From Escherichia phage ime09, in sequence record NC_019503.1: 64,000 bases of DNA; one strand, 5' to 3'. Made by a program: the position numbers and the translations under genes. A model generated the notes under the pieces. The model searched no databases. It worked only from the letters and a program-made list of their open reading frames with translations, and was not told where the DNA came from. How positions within the stretch are numbered: position 1 is the stretch's first letter; each line of letters begins with the position of its first letter. Below are positions 37,203 through 47,770 of this stretch, in pieces.

Positions 37203-37289
37203 TGGTGGGGAGTGATGGAGTCGAACCACCCGAGTCGCAATGACAATGGATTTACAGTCCACACCGCTACCTCTACGGGATAACTCCCC
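37203..37289 (-). tRNA. tRNA-Tyr (anticodon GTA), long variable arm
   Basis: Hand-folded; acceptor GGGGAGT/ACTCCCC, anticodon loop CTGTAAA, long extra arm; CCA encoded. Confidence 0.8.
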
Positions 37290-37302
37290 TTAATTCTTAA
37301 TT

Positions 37303-37377
37303 TGGTGGCCCTGGGTGGAATTGAACCACCATCTGGCGATTATGAGTCGCTTGCTTGAACCTTCCAGCTACAGGGCC
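37303..37377 (-). tRNA. tRNA with CAT anticodon (Met, or Ile if lysidine-modified as for T4 tRNA-Ile)
   Basis: Hand-folded; acceptor GGCCCTG/CAGGGCC, anticodon loop CTCATAA, T-loop TTCAATT. Confidence 0.75.
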
Positions 37378-37378
37378 T

Positions 37379-37454
37379 TGGTGCTGATTGACGGAATCGA
37401 ACCGCCGACCTTCTCATTACAAGTGAGTTGCTCTACCTACTGAGCTAAATCAGC
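37379..37454 (-). tRNA. tRNA-Thr (anticodon TGT)
   Basis: Hand-folded; acceptor GCTGATT/AATCAGC, anticodon loop CTTGTAA, T-loop TTCGATT. Confidence 0.85.
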
Positions 37455-37459
37455 AAAAC

Positions 37460-37549
37460 TGGCGGAGGCGATAGGATTTGAACCTATGAGTCGCCGGAGC
37501 GACTGCCGGTTTTCAAGACCGGTGCATTAAACCACTCTGCCACGCCTCC
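37460..37549 (-). tRNA. tRNA-Ser (anticodon TGA), long variable arm
   Basis: Hand-folded; acceptor GGAGGCG/CGCCTCC, anticodon loop CTTGAAA, long extra arm. Confidence 0.85.
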
Positions 37550-37551
37550 AG

Positions 37552-37625
37552 TCTCCATACAAGGATTTGAACCTTGGACCTCCTGATCCCAAATCAGGCG
37601 CTCTACCAAACTGAGCTACACGGAG
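37552..37625 (-). tRNA. tRNA-Pro (anticodon TGG), CCA not encoded
   Basis: Hand-folded; anticodon loop TTTGGGA, T-loop TTCAAAT; abuts tRNA-Ser. Confidence 0.85.
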
Positions 37626-37635
37626 TAAATTAAAT

Positions 37636-37709
<74 letters not shown>

Positions 37710-37714
37710 AAATT

Positions 37715-37801
37715 TGGTGCGAGAAGTGGGACTCGAACCCACAAGGAAATCATTCCGCAGCATTTTAAGTGCTGTGCCTTTACCAATTTGGCCATTCTCG
37801 C
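37715..37801 (-). tRNA. tRNA-Leu (anticodon TAA), long variable arm
   Basis: Hand-folded; acceptor GCGAGAA/TTCTCGC, anticodon loop CTTAAAA, T-loop TTCGAGT. Confidence 0.85.
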
Positions 37802-37802
37802 G

Positions 37803-37875
37803 CTGGGAATAAAGGACTCGAACCTTTGCATCCTGGAATCAAAATCCAGTGCCTTACCAACTTGGCTAATTCCCA
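37803..37875 (-). tRNA. tRNA-Gln (anticodon TTG), CCA not fully encoded
   Basis: Hand-folded; acceptor TGGGAAT/ATTCCCA, anticodon loop TTTTGAT, T-loop TTCGAGT. Confidence 0.85.
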
Positions 37876-37972
37876 ATTATTAACAAAGGCTCTTAAGCAA
37901 GAACCCTTGATGATAGAGGGTATTAATCAGTGCGATATGAGTTAATAATAACAAATAATTCTTAAAGCATAT

Positions 37973-38266
37973 TTACCATTTATGATAATACATATTTACG
38001 ATGCATTCAAGACCCAAAGGATTCTTGAAAATATCATATTCAAGAGGACCTTTTTCTGTTTCAATAAAGAAATCAAAATTTACTGTATTAAATTTACGGT
38101 CTTCCTTCACTAATTTAACTTGTGAAGATGAACGGTCAATGTAAACCTTTTCAACTTCAAAATATGTTAAAATGCCATAATCATCAATCAAGGCTTTAGC
38201 CGCGTCTTGATCATATTTATATCCATTTTCAATGGATGATACTTTCGCATAAAGAATCATTATCAA
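37973..38266 (-). CDS. Hypothetical protein
   Basis: ORF track 97 aa. Confidence 0.5.
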   Translation of the reverse strand: MIMILYAKVSSIENGYKYDQDAAKALIDDYGILTYFEVEKVYIDRSSSQVKLVKEDRKFNTVNFDFFIETEKGPLEYDIFKNPLGLECIVNMYYHKW

Positions 38267-38685
38267 CCTTCATCAACAATAGTGTGCGTATTGGCATTTA
38301 CAATTTGCCACCAATCAAAGCGATTAGAACCATAATCTGGTTTGTTTTCATTTTCTTTGATAATGTCACGGAGTTCATCTTCGGTAGCGGCTTTCGCTAT
38401 TAAATCAGCATATCCACCACGAGGATAATAATTATCACCTGCAAAAAGTAAAAAGTTTGGTTTAATGTTATTGAACTCTTCAAGAGTAATAACTTTTCCT
38501 GATGGTAGTTGAACAATCTCTACATATTTATATCCTAATTTTTGAGCAGCATCTACTGCTTCAAGCAAAGTATCATGAGCCCATCCAATTTGACAACCTG
38601 GCTTTTCCGATGGATTAGCCTGATAATCCGCATACACTTTGTACATTCTATTCACCTTTAGAAATTTTATCCATAACGATAGCAA
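38263..38685 (-). CDS. Hypothetical protein (start possibly internal MYKVYADYQ)
   Basis: ORF track 140 aa. Confidence 0.5.
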   Translation of the reverse strand: MLSLWIKFLKVNRMYKVYADYQANPSEKPGCQIGWAHDTLLEAVDAAQKLGYKYVEIVQLPSGKVITLEEFNNIKPNFLLFAGDNYYPRGGYADLIAKAATEDELRDIIKENENKPDYGSNRFDWWQIVNANTHTIVDEG

Positions 38686-38833
38686 TTAAACCAATTAAAA
38701 ATGCTACTACAAGTGAAAACACATTTTCTGCTGTAGTCAATAATCCGCATATAAATCCAACAAACATTGAAAAACTAAAAGCAGAAGCAGAAATTGCAAT
38801 AGCAACATTTCGAATTAATTCACAGCGTTTCAT
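38648..38833 (-). CDS. Small membrane protein
   Basis: 61 aa, two hydrophobic helices. Confidence 0.4.
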   Translation of the reverse strand: MKRCELIRNVAIAISASAFSFSMFVGFICGLLTTAENVFSLVVAFLIGLIAIVMDKISKGE

Positions 38834-38857
38834 TTTATTCTCCTCAGTAGTTGATAG

Positions 38858-38910
38858 GGTAATAGTATCACAACTAAAACCCTATGTAAACAACTTTGTG
38901 AAATTATTTT
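38858..38910 (-). promoter_or_regulatory. T4-type early promoter (minus strand)
   Basis: plus-strand aatagtatc (38861-38869), tgtaaac (38885-38891), UP cassette identical to the one at 39215-39240. Confidence 0.55.
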
Positions 38911-39161
38911 AAATCTTCTAATCGTTTCTTCATCTTAGAACCATTTTTAGCAATTTCTCCTGCATCGGAGCATAACGCTAAAAGTGCTTTAACTTTAGTT
39001 TGGTCTCCTTTAAAAGACGAAGGATCGACTGCAGCAGCAAGTTCTTTAATACGAGAGAAAAGACGCTCAGCTTCAGCTAAAGCCATTCCAAGCTTTACTT
39101 CCATACCGTGAGAAGATTCAGTGATAGTAGTTTTTGTAGCAAACTCTTTGAAAGTTTTCAT
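38904..39161 (-). CDS. Internal-protein-like small protein (ipI-position), paralog of 30418..30699
   Basis: 85 aa beginning MKTFKEFATK (CTS-like); located just downstream of 57B as ipI is in T4. Confidence 0.65.
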   Translation of the reverse strand: MKTFKEFATKTTITESSHGMEVKLGMALAEAERLFSRIKELAAAVDPSSFKGDQTKVKALLALCSDAGEIAKNGSKMKKRLEDLK

Positions 39162-39187
39162 TTTATTTTCCTAATTAATTTTGATGA

Positions 39188-39930
<743 letters not shown>

Positions 39931-39931
<1 letters not shown>

Positions 39932-40644
39932 TATAGTACCTTTAGTGTATTTTTAATTTTAGAAAAAAGTTCTTCAAGAGAACCATCGTTTGTAATTACT
40001 AAATCGCCATCACGAATTGGCAATCCAGCTTCTGTAATATGAGTATCATTGGATTTTTGACCAGGACGAACTACATGAATTACTGTAGCACCCATCGCCC
40101 TAGCCGCATCCATTTCATGATCTTGACGAGTATCAGGAACGATATAATAATCATAACCTGAGTTAAATTTATCAAGATAATCTAAAGCAAATAATTTTAC
40201 CCAATACATGCGGTCGAAGTTATTAACAATCAAATCCGTACCTAGGGCTTGCATCAGACGACGGACTGACCATTGATCTTCAATATTATTTATAACGTCA
40301 GCAATCTTGTTAAATGCTACGAAATTAACTGCGTCATCAAAAACAAACACACCCTTAATTGGGCTTTTACTATTAAGATAGCAAAATGCTTGTTCCATAA
40401 TCGTGATTACTTCTGATTTAGTCAGATTTAAAATAGTCTCACGATCATAGTCAATTCCTTCAAACTCTTTACGAGTTAAGCAAGGATAGTCAGTGTTTGC
40501 TGCAAATACACCCCATGCATAAGCCAATGCATCCTTAATAGGACCAGCAAGTTGATATTTAACTGCAGAATAATTATTCATGATAAAATCTGCAGTAGTA
40601 TCTTTTCCACTACGCTTTACACCACTTAAAAAGATTAGTTTCAT
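39931..40644 (-). CDS. 1: dNMP (deoxynucleoside monophosphate) kinase
   Basis: 237 aa, P-loop LSGVKRSGKDT, MKLIFLSGVKRSGKDTTADF. Confidence 0.92.
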
Positions 40645-40693
40645 ATGTTTCTCCTCAAATTTAGTTAAGATTATAACACATGAAACTGAAGCA

Positions 40694-41224
40694 TTAAACT
40701 TCTGCTATAATTTTGCCATCTTTTTCTACTTGAAAATACGTATAAGGAATCGTTGCTGTGCATACTAAGGCTGGGTCTGAATCTTCTGTGTAGCTAAATT
40801 CTACTTCAGAGAGGTCAGAAACCCAAGGCTTATAAAAATTTATTGACATCACGATTTCAGTTTTACTATTATCTAAAATGTAAAGCGTAATGTATTCAGG
40901 ACCTGTTTTTTGGGCAGTATTTTCGCCTGTAAGATAGTTACTAGTTCCTAGCATCCATTCATACATTCCTATCCACGACTTAAGCTCTTCATCAACTATA
41001 AATCTCACGATGAGTGGATCGTACTCAAATGTAACTCCTGGACGCTGTGCTCTACCTAGTCCAAACGGCCCAGTCACGGTATCAGTAACAGGTATTCTAA
41101 TTCCCGGAATAGGAACTGACTGAGCATTTAAAGTAAAAGCAGATGTAGTACTACTATGCGGTATTGATACTACAAAGTTAGTTGTATTTGCTTGGTTAAA
41201 AATTTGTTGCAGTGCTTGCGACAT
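40694..41224 (-). CDS. 3: Tail completion / sheath stabiliser gp3 (start set at MSQALQQ, 176 aa)
   Basis: ORF track gives 203 aa; internal Met yields the 176-aa T4 gp3 length. Confidence 0.8.
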   Translation of the reverse strand: MSQALQQIFNQANTTNFVVSIPHSSTTSAFTLNAQSVPIPGIRIPVTDTVTGPFGLGRAQRPGVTFEYDPLIVRFIVDEELKSWIGMYEWMLGTSNYLTGENTAQKTGPEYITLYILDNSKTEIVMSINFYKPWVSDLSEVEFSYTEDSDPALVCTATIPYTYFQVEKDGKIIAEV

Positions 41225-41330
41225 ATATTCCTCATAATGCTTTATAAATGTTGGTGGTATAATGGGTCTAAGTCCCTTCCATTCAATTCCAATTAGAACA
41301 AACAATAGAAAAGAATGGAAGATAATAGAA

Positions 41331-42155
41331 TTAAATATTTGACCAGACTTTGTTTGCAGAGAAACGTTTTCCTTTTGAAACGAACTGCTGAAGTGGCATT
41401 AATACAACGTTCGCCCAGTCTTTCGGGGCGATTTCAACAAGGCTACCCATAATATTACCGGGTATATATGCCTTAATCATTTGGTCTGCACCCCTAAATC
41501 CTTTCACTTGACTCCAATCAATTTTTAATTTCGTTTTATTAGTAATAGTAGGTGTATTTGAATATTGCTTTAAAAGCTCTTCTAGAAATTGCTGACGAGC
41601 TTTAGGCGGAATATAGTGCAAGTTCAATCCGTACATTAAATTATGTTTACCTAAACCAAGGTAAATTATCAAAGGAAATTTATCCCAGTAAGGAAGAGTT
41701 TCCTTGTGTTTAGCATCATAAGCAAAAGCATATATTCGTCCCGGCTGAGGGCGAACAACTTTATGTCCTTTTACTTGCTTAATAGTTTCAGCAAACCACT
41801 TTCTGGTTTTATTATTAATTGCTGCACCTTCATTACGAATTTTATCACGCAATGTTTGCCTGAATGAATTTATCATAAGCAGTTGTCTTTCTTGCTTATT
41901 GAGTTTATTCATTGGTTTTGATTCAAGCTTTTGAATCTTTTCAGCCGTTTTAATTCCTGAAGCATATTTTGACATTGCCGAAGTAAACGTAGAGTATTTG
42001 ATTCCTCTTTCTTCGGCAAATTGCTTTCCTGTCATTCCTTTTGCTTTGGCCTTTTTGTATTCAAGACCTATCTGAATCCATTTCTTTTCGTTTAATGATT
42101 GCTTAACCTTTGGAACTTGGGGAGTGCTTTCATTAATTATTTGAAAAATAGCCAT
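41331..42155 (-). CDS. 2: DNA end protector protein gp2
   Basis: 274 aa, same length and position as T4 gp2. Confidence 0.88.
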   Translation of the reverse strand: MAIFQIINESTPQVPKVKQSLNEKKWIQIGLEYKKAKAKGMTGKQFAEERGIKYSTFTSAMSKYASGIKTAEKIQKLESKPMNKLNKQERQLLMINSFRQTLRDKIRNEGAAINNKTRKWFAETIKQVKGHKVVRPQPGRIYAFAYDAKHKETLPYWDKFPLIIYLGLGKHNLMYGLNLHYIPPKARQQFLEELLKQYSNTPTITNKTKLKIDWSQVKGFRGADQMIKAYIPGNIMGSLVEIAPKDWANVVLMPLQQFVSKGKRFSANKVWSNI

Positions 42156-42607
42156 TATGCCCCCTTAAAGCCAAGAGCTCGTAATCCATCTTCTGTTAGA
42201 ATTCTAAATTTTATTCCACGCTTTTCAGCTAAAGCTTGCGCTGCTTTCCATTTGTCAGTATTAACGGAATATGTATAAATTTCATTCATAAATCTTTTCT
42301 TCGCTGCAGTTGTTAGATGTGCTGGTTTAACTGGTGGTTGTGTTTCTTTTTTAGGTTTTATTTCAATAAAAAATTCTTGCCCAGAAGAATCTTTCATCCA
42401 AATATCCATGAAGTATCTACGTTTTTTCCCTTCTGCATTACAAAAATAAGGAATTACTGCTGTTTCACTACCCCATGCAATAATTTCTGGATTTTTATCT
42501 AACCATTCAAAAAAGAATTTTTCCCAATTTGATCTATACGTAATTTTTTTAGGGTCACCTCTATATTTTGATATATTTTTAGGAACCCATTTTCCAGAAT
42601 ATGCCAT
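42155..42607 (-). CDS. 4: Head completion protein gp4
   Basis: 150 aa, same length and position as T4 gp4; late promoter upstream. Confidence 0.88.
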   Translation of the reverse strand: MAYSGKWVPKNISKYRGDPKKITYRSNWEKFFFEWLDKNPEIIAWGSETAVIPYFCNAEGKKRRYFMDIWMKDSSGQEFFIEIKPKKETQPPVKPAHLTTAAKKRFMNEIYTYSVNTDKWKAAQALAEKRGIKFRILTEDGLRALGFKGA

Positions 42608-42618
42608 TGGATTCTCCT

Positions 42619-42626
42619 TATAAATA
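42619..42626 (+). promoter_or_regulatory. T4 late promoter TATAAATA for gene 53 operon
   Basis: exact TATAAATA 29 nt upstream of gene 53 ATG, AGGAGG Shine-Dalgarno between. Confidence 0.7.
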
Positions 42627-42633
42627 GATAATA

Positions 42634-42641
42634 TATTTATA
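42634..42641 (-). promoter_or_regulatory. T4 late promoter TATAAATA (minus strand) for gene 4
   Basis: plus-strand tatttata; divergent from the gene 53 promoter. Confidence 0.65.
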
Positions 42642-42654
42642 AACAGGAGGGCCC

Positions 42655-43245
42655 ATGCTCTTTACATTTTTTGATCCGATTGAATATGCGGCCAAAACGG
42701 TGAATAAAAACGCGCCGACTATTCCTATGACAGATATTTTTAGAAACTATAAAGACTATTTCAAACGTGCTCTTGCGGGATACCGTTTACGCACTTATTA
42801 TATTAAAGGTTCACCACGCCCGGAAGAATTAGCAAATGCTATATATGGAAATCCGCAGTTGTATTGGGTTTTATTGATGTGTAATGATAATTATGATCCG
42901 TATTATGGATGGATTACTTCGCAAGAAGCTGCTTATCAAGCATCTATACAAAAATACAAAAATGTAGGTGGAGACCAAATAGTATATCATGTGAATGAGA
43001 ACGGTGAAAAATTTTATAATTTAATATCATACGATGATAATCCATATGTTTGGTATGACAAAGGCGATAAAGCTAGAAAATATCCTCAATATGAAGGAGC
43101 ACTTGCTGCGGTCGATACGTATGAAGCTGCTGTTCTTGAAAATGAAAAACTTCGTCAAATAAAAATAATAGCAAAATCAGACATCAATTCATTTATGAAC
43201 GACCTTATACGTATAATGGAGAAATCTTATGGAAATGATAAGTAA
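42655..43245 (+). CDS. 53: Baseplate wedge protein gp53
   Basis: 196 aa, same length and position as T4 gp53. Confidence 0.9.
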   Translation: MLFTFFDPIEYAAKTVNKNAPTIPMTDIFRNYKDYFKRALAGYRLRTYYIKGSPRPEELANAIYGNPQLYWVLLMCNDNYDPYYGWITSQEAAYQASIQKYKNVGGDQIVYHVNENGEKFYNLISYDDNPYVWYDKGDKARKYPQYEGALAAVDTYEAAVLENEKLRQIKIIAKSDINSFMNDLIRIMEKSYGNDK

Positions 43246-44956
43246 TAACCTTAATTGGTTTGTTGGTGTTGTTGAAGATAGAATGGACCCATTAAAATTA
43301 GGTCGTGTTCGTGTTCGTGTAGTTGGTCTGCATCCACCTCAAAGAGCACAAGGCGACGTAATGGGTATTCCAACTGATAAATTACCATGGATGTCAGTTA
43401 TTCAACCTATAACTTCTGCAGCAATGTCTGGAATTGGAGGCTCCGTTACTGGTCCGGTAGAAGGAACTAGAGTTTATGGTCATTTTTTAGACAAATGGAA
43501 AACTAACGGAATTGTCCTTGGCACGTATGGTGGAATAGTTCGCGAAAAGCCTAATAGACTTGAAGGATTTTCTGACCCGACTGGACAGTATCCTAGACGT
43601 CTAGGAAATGATACTAACGTATTAAACCAAGGCGGAGAAGTAGGATATGATTCGTCTTCTAATATTATCCAAGATAGTAATCTAGACACTGCGATAAATC
43701 CTGATGATAGACCGCTATCAGAAATTCCAACTGATGATAATCCAAATATGTCAATGGCTGAAATGCTTCGCCGTGATGAAGGATTAAGACTAAAAGTTTA
43801 TTGGGATACTGAAGGATATCCGACAATTGGCATTGGTCATCTTATCATGAAGCAGCCAGTTCGTGATATGACTCAAATTAATAAAGTTTTATCAAAACAA
43901 GTTGGTCGTGAAATTACCGGAAATCCAGGTTCTATTACAATGGAAGAAGCGGTAACTTTATTTGAACGTGATTTAGCTGATATGCAACGTGACATTAAAT
44001 CACATTCTAAAGTTGGCCCAGTTTGGCAAGCAGTTAATCGTTCTCGTCAAATGGCATTAGAAAATATGGCATTTCAGATGGGTGTTGGCGGTGTAGCTAA
44101 ATTTAACACAATGTTAACTGCTATGTTAGCCGGAGATTGGGAAAAAGCATATAAAGCTGGTCGTGATTCATTGTGGTATCAACAAACAAAAGGCCGTGCA
44201 TCTCGTGTTACCATGATTATTCTTACAGGGAATTTGGAATCATACGGTATTGAAGTGAAAACACCGGCTAGGTCTTTGTCTGCAATGGCTGCTACTGTAG
44301 CAAAGTCTTCTGATCCAGCTGACCCTCCTATTCCGAATGATTCGAGAATTTTATTTAAAGAACCTGTTTCTTCATATAAAGGCGAATATCCGTATGTTCA
44401 TACAATGGAAACTGAAAGCGGTCATATTCAGGAATTTGACGATACCCCGGGACAAGAACGATACAGATTAGTTCATCCGACTGGAACATATGAGGAAGTA
44501 TCACCGTCAGGAAGAAGAACAAGAAAAACTGTTGATAATTTGTATGATATAACAAATGCTGATGGTAATTTTTTGGTAGCTGGCGATAAAAAGACTAACG
44601 TCGGTGGATCAGAAATTTATTACAACATGGATAATCGTCTCCACCAAATAGATGGAAGCAATACAATATTTGTACGTGGCGATGAAACTAAGACGGTTGA
44701 AGGTAATGGAACTATCCTAGTCAAAGGTAATGTTACTATTGTAGTTGAAGGTAATGCTGACATTACAGTTAAAGGGGATGCTACCACTTTAGTTGAAGGA
44801 AATCAGACTAATACAGTAAATGGAAATCTTTCTTGGAAAGTTGCTGGGACGGTTGATTGGGACGTTGGTGGTGATTGGACAGAAAAAATGGCATCTATGA
44901 GTTCTATTTCATCTGGTCAATACACAATTGATGGATCGAGGATTGACATTGGCTAA
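43229..44956 (+). CDS. 5: Baseplate hub / tail lysozyme gp5
   Basis: 575 aa, MEMISNNLNWFVGVVED, lysozyme domain (MAEMLRRDEGLRLKVYWDTEGYPTIGIGH), C-terminal beta-helix repeats. Confidence 0.97.
   Translation: MEMISNNLNWFVGVVEDRMDPLKLGRVRVRVVGLHPPQRAQGDVMGIPTDKLPWMSVIQPITSAAMSGIGGSVTGPVEGTRVYGHFLDKWKTNGIVLGTYGGIVREKPNRLEGFSDPTGQYPRRLGNDTNVLNQGGEVGYDSSSNIIQDSNLDTAINPDDRPLSEIPTDDNPNMSMAEMLRRDEGLRLKVYWDTEGYPTIGIGHLIMKQPVRDMTQINKVLSKQVGREITGNPGSITMEEAVTLFERDLADMQRDIKSHSKVGPVWQAVNRSRQMALENMAFQMGVGGVAKFNTMLTAMLAGDWEKAYKAGRDSLWYQQTKGRASRVTMIILTGNLESYGIEVKTPARSLSAMAATVAKSSDPADPPIPNDSRILFKEPVSSYKGEYPYVHTMETESGHIQEFDDTPGQERYRLVHPTGTYEEVSPSGRRTRKTVDNLYDITNADGNFLVAGDKKTNVGGSEIYYNMDNRLHQIDGSNTIFVRGDETKTVEGNGTILVKGNVTIVVEGNADITVKGDATTLVEGNQTNTVNGNLSWKVAGTVDWDVGGDWTEKMASMSSISSGQYTIDGSRIDIG
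44690..44890 (+). repeat. Octapeptide VxGxxxxx beta-helix repeat coding tract inside gene 5
   Basis: translated VEGNGTILVKGNVTIVVEGNADITVKGDATTLVEGNQTNTVNGN periodicity. Confidence 0.8.
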
Positions 44957-45485
44957 TATACTTCCAATGAGCGCTGATTTAGGAGAATCCATGGAAGGTT
45001 CTTCTATCGACGTCACCTTTACCGCTCAATTAGAAACAGGTGAAACGTTAGTATCTATAAATATAACTAGTTACGAAGAAACTCCTGGGGTTTTAGTAGA
45101 AGAAAATCGTTTATATGGAACGTATGAATCTGTATTTGGATTTGGAAATGATGCGTTGAAATATCGTTTAGATAATGAATTTAAAACCGCTGCTTCATGG
45201 GAAGACCTTCCAACTGATTCTAATACTCAGTTATATTTATGGAAAGCTCCTCAAAACCTCCAGAAGACATTCACTTACGAAGTAACATTAATATATGACT
45301 ACCAAGAACAAAGTGAATCTGGAGGTTCTGGCAGTAATTCTAGGTCATCTTCTGATACTACTGAACCAACGAATCCTCCAGCTCCAATAAGAAAAACTCT
45401 TGTTAAAAATTATACAAAAACTATAGTTGGAAATTGGAGTCGTTGGGCTAATAAATTGAGAAGCTACGTGTATGAGAGGCCATAA
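44928..45485 (+). CDS. gp5.1-position protein (start may be internal)
   Basis: ORF track 185 aa overlapping gene 5 end. Confidence 0.6.
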
Positions 45486-45779
45486 ATGTCAGGATTAAGT
45501 TATGATAAGTGTGTTACTGCCGGCCATGAAGCATGGCCTCCAACAGTTGTGAATGCTACACAAAGTAAAGTATTCACTGGAGGAATTGCTGTTCTCGTAG
45601 CAGGTGATCCAATTACAGAACATACAGAAATTAAAAAGCCATATGAAACACATGGCGGAGTGACACAACCTAGAACTTCTAAGGTATATGTCACTGGAAA
45701 GAAAGCTGTTCAAATGGCTGATCCAATATCATGCGGTGATACTGTGGCTCAGGCATCATCTAAAGTATTCATTAAATAG
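45486..45779 (+). CDS. 5.4: PAAR-repeat spike tip protein gp5.4
   Basis: 97 aa, same length and position as T4 gp5.4. Confidence 0.85.
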
Positions 45780-45787
45780 GATTTAAA

Positions 45788-47770
45788 ATGGCAAATACCC
45801 CTGTAAATTATCAATTAACAAGAACAGCAAATGCTATTCCCGAGATATTCGTCGGGGGTACATTTGCTGAAATAAAACAAAACCTCATTGAATGGCTTAA
45901 TGGCCAAAATGAATTTTTGGATTATGATTTTGAAGGCTCAAGATTAAACGTTCTGTGCGACCTTTTGGCTTATAATACATTGTACATTCAACAGTTTGGT
46001 AATGCTGCCTTGTATGAAAGCTTTATGCGTACTGCTAATTTGCGTAGTTCAGTAGTTCAAGCTGCACAAGATAATGGATATTTACCTACTTCAAAATCAG
46101 CTGCTCAAACTGAAATTATGCTAACTTGTACAGATGCATTGAATAGAAATTACATTACTATTCCTCGTGGTACTCGCTTTTTAGCATATGCAAAGGATAC
46201 TTCCGTTAATCCTTATAACTTTGTATCTACCGAAGATGTTATTGCTATTCGCGATAAAAATAACCAATATTTTCCGCGTTTAAAATTAGCCCAGGGGCGT
46301 ATAGTAAGAACTGAAATCATTTATGATAAATTAACACCTATTATCATTTATGACAAAAATATAGATAGAAACCAAGTTAAACTATACGTTGATGGAGCAG
46401 AATGGATTAACTGGACAAGAAAGTCAATGGTTCATGCTGGTTCTACATCAACAATTTACTACATGCGTGAAACTATTGATGGAAATACCGAGTTTTATTT
46501 TGGTGAAGGTGAGATTTCTGTTAATGCGGCAGAAGGAGCATTGACTGCTAATTATATTGGAGGTCTTAAGCCTACCCAGAACTCTACAATTGTTATTGAG
46601 TACATCAGTACTAACGGTGCAGATGCGAATGGCGCAGTCGGATTTTCATACGCAGATACATTGACAAATATAACTGTCATCAATATTAATGAAAATCCAA
46701 ACGATGACCCAGATTTTGTTGGGGCAGATGGCGGCGGTGATCCAGAAGATATTGAACGTATTCGTGAATTGGGTACTATTAAACGTGAAACCCAGCAACG
46801 CTGCGTAACTGCAACTGACTATGATACATTTGTTTCAGAGAGATTTGGTTCTATTATTCAAGCAGTTCAGACTTTCACTGATTCTACTAAACCTGGTTAT
46901 GCATTTATTGCTGCTAAACCTAAATCAGGACTATATTTAACTACTGTACAGCGCGAAGATATTAAAAATTATCTCAAAGACTATAATTTAGCTCCTATTA
47001 CGCCATCAATTATTTCTCCTAATTATCTTTTTATTAAGACTAATTTAAAAGTCACATATGCTTTAAATAAGCTGCAAGAATCCGAACAGTGGCTTGAAGG
47101 TCAAATAATTGATAAAATTGATCGTTATTATACCGAAGACGTAGAAATTTTTAACTCATCTTTCGCTAAATCTAAGATGTTGACATATGTAGATGATGCA
47201 GATCATTCTATCATTGGTTCATCAGCGACAATTCAAATTGTTCGTGAAGTACAAAACTTCTATAAAACGCCTGAAGCAGGTATTAAATACAATAATCAAA
47301 TAAAAGATCGTTCTATGGAATCTAATACATTTTCATTTAATTCTGGACGAAAGGTTGTAAATCCTGATACTGGTTTAGAAGAAGATGTATTATATGACGT
47401 TCGCATAGTATCAACAGACCGAGATTCTAAAGGAATTGGTAAAGTTATTATTGGTCCATTTGCTTCTGGCGATGTTACAGAAAATGAAAACATTCAGCCA
47501 TATACAGGCAACGATTTTAACAAATTAGCAAATTCTGATGGACGCGACAAATACTATGTTATCGGTGAAATAAATTATCCAGCTGATGTGATTTATTGGA
47601 ATATCGCTAAAATTAATTTAACATCTGAAAAATTTGAAGTTCAGACTATTGAATTATATTCTGACCCAACCGATGATGTTATCTTTACTCGCGATGGTTC
47701 ACTGATTGTATTTGAAAATGACTTACGTCCACAATACTTAACTATCGATTTGGAGCCTATATCACAATGA
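45788..47770 (+). CDS. 6: Baseplate wedge protein gp6
   Basis: 660 aa, length and synteny. Confidence 0.95.
   Translation: MANTPVNYQLTRTANAIPEIFVGGTFAEIKQNLIEWLNGQNEFLDYDFEGSRLNVLCDLLAYNTLYIQQFGNAALYESFMRTANLRSSVVQAAQDNGYLPTSKSAAQTEIMLTCTDALNRNYITIPRGTRFLAYAKDTSVNPYNFVSTEDVIAIRDKNNQYFPRLKLAQGRIVRTEIIYDKLTPIIIYDKNIDRNQVKLYVDGAEWINWTRKSMVHAGSTSTIYYMRETIDGNTEFYFGEGEISVNAAEGALTANYIGGLKPTQNSTIVIEYISTNGADANGAVGFSYADTLTNITVININENPNDDPDFVGADGGGDPEDIERIRELGTIKRETQQRCVTATDYDTFVSERFGSIIQAVQTFTDSTKPGYAFIAAKPKSGLYLTTVQREDIKNYLKDYNLAPITPSIISPNYLFIKTNLKVTYALNKLQESEQWLEGQIIDKIDRYYTEDVEIFNSSFAKSKMLTYVDDADHSIIGSSATIQIVREVQNFYKTPEAGIKYNNQIKDRSMESNTFSFNSGRKVVNPDTGLEEDVLYDVRIVSTDRDSKGIGKVIIGPFASGDVTENENIQPYTGNDFNKLANSDGRDKYYVIGEINYPADVIYWNIAKINLTSEKFEVQTIELYSDPTDDVIFTRDGSLIVFENDLRPQYLTIDLEPISQ

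Noticed and set aside
44690-44890. Short periodic nucleotide repeats in gene 5 as a possible independent repeat element
   Set aside because: Periodicity is explained by the gp5 beta-helix octapeptide repeats; it is coding
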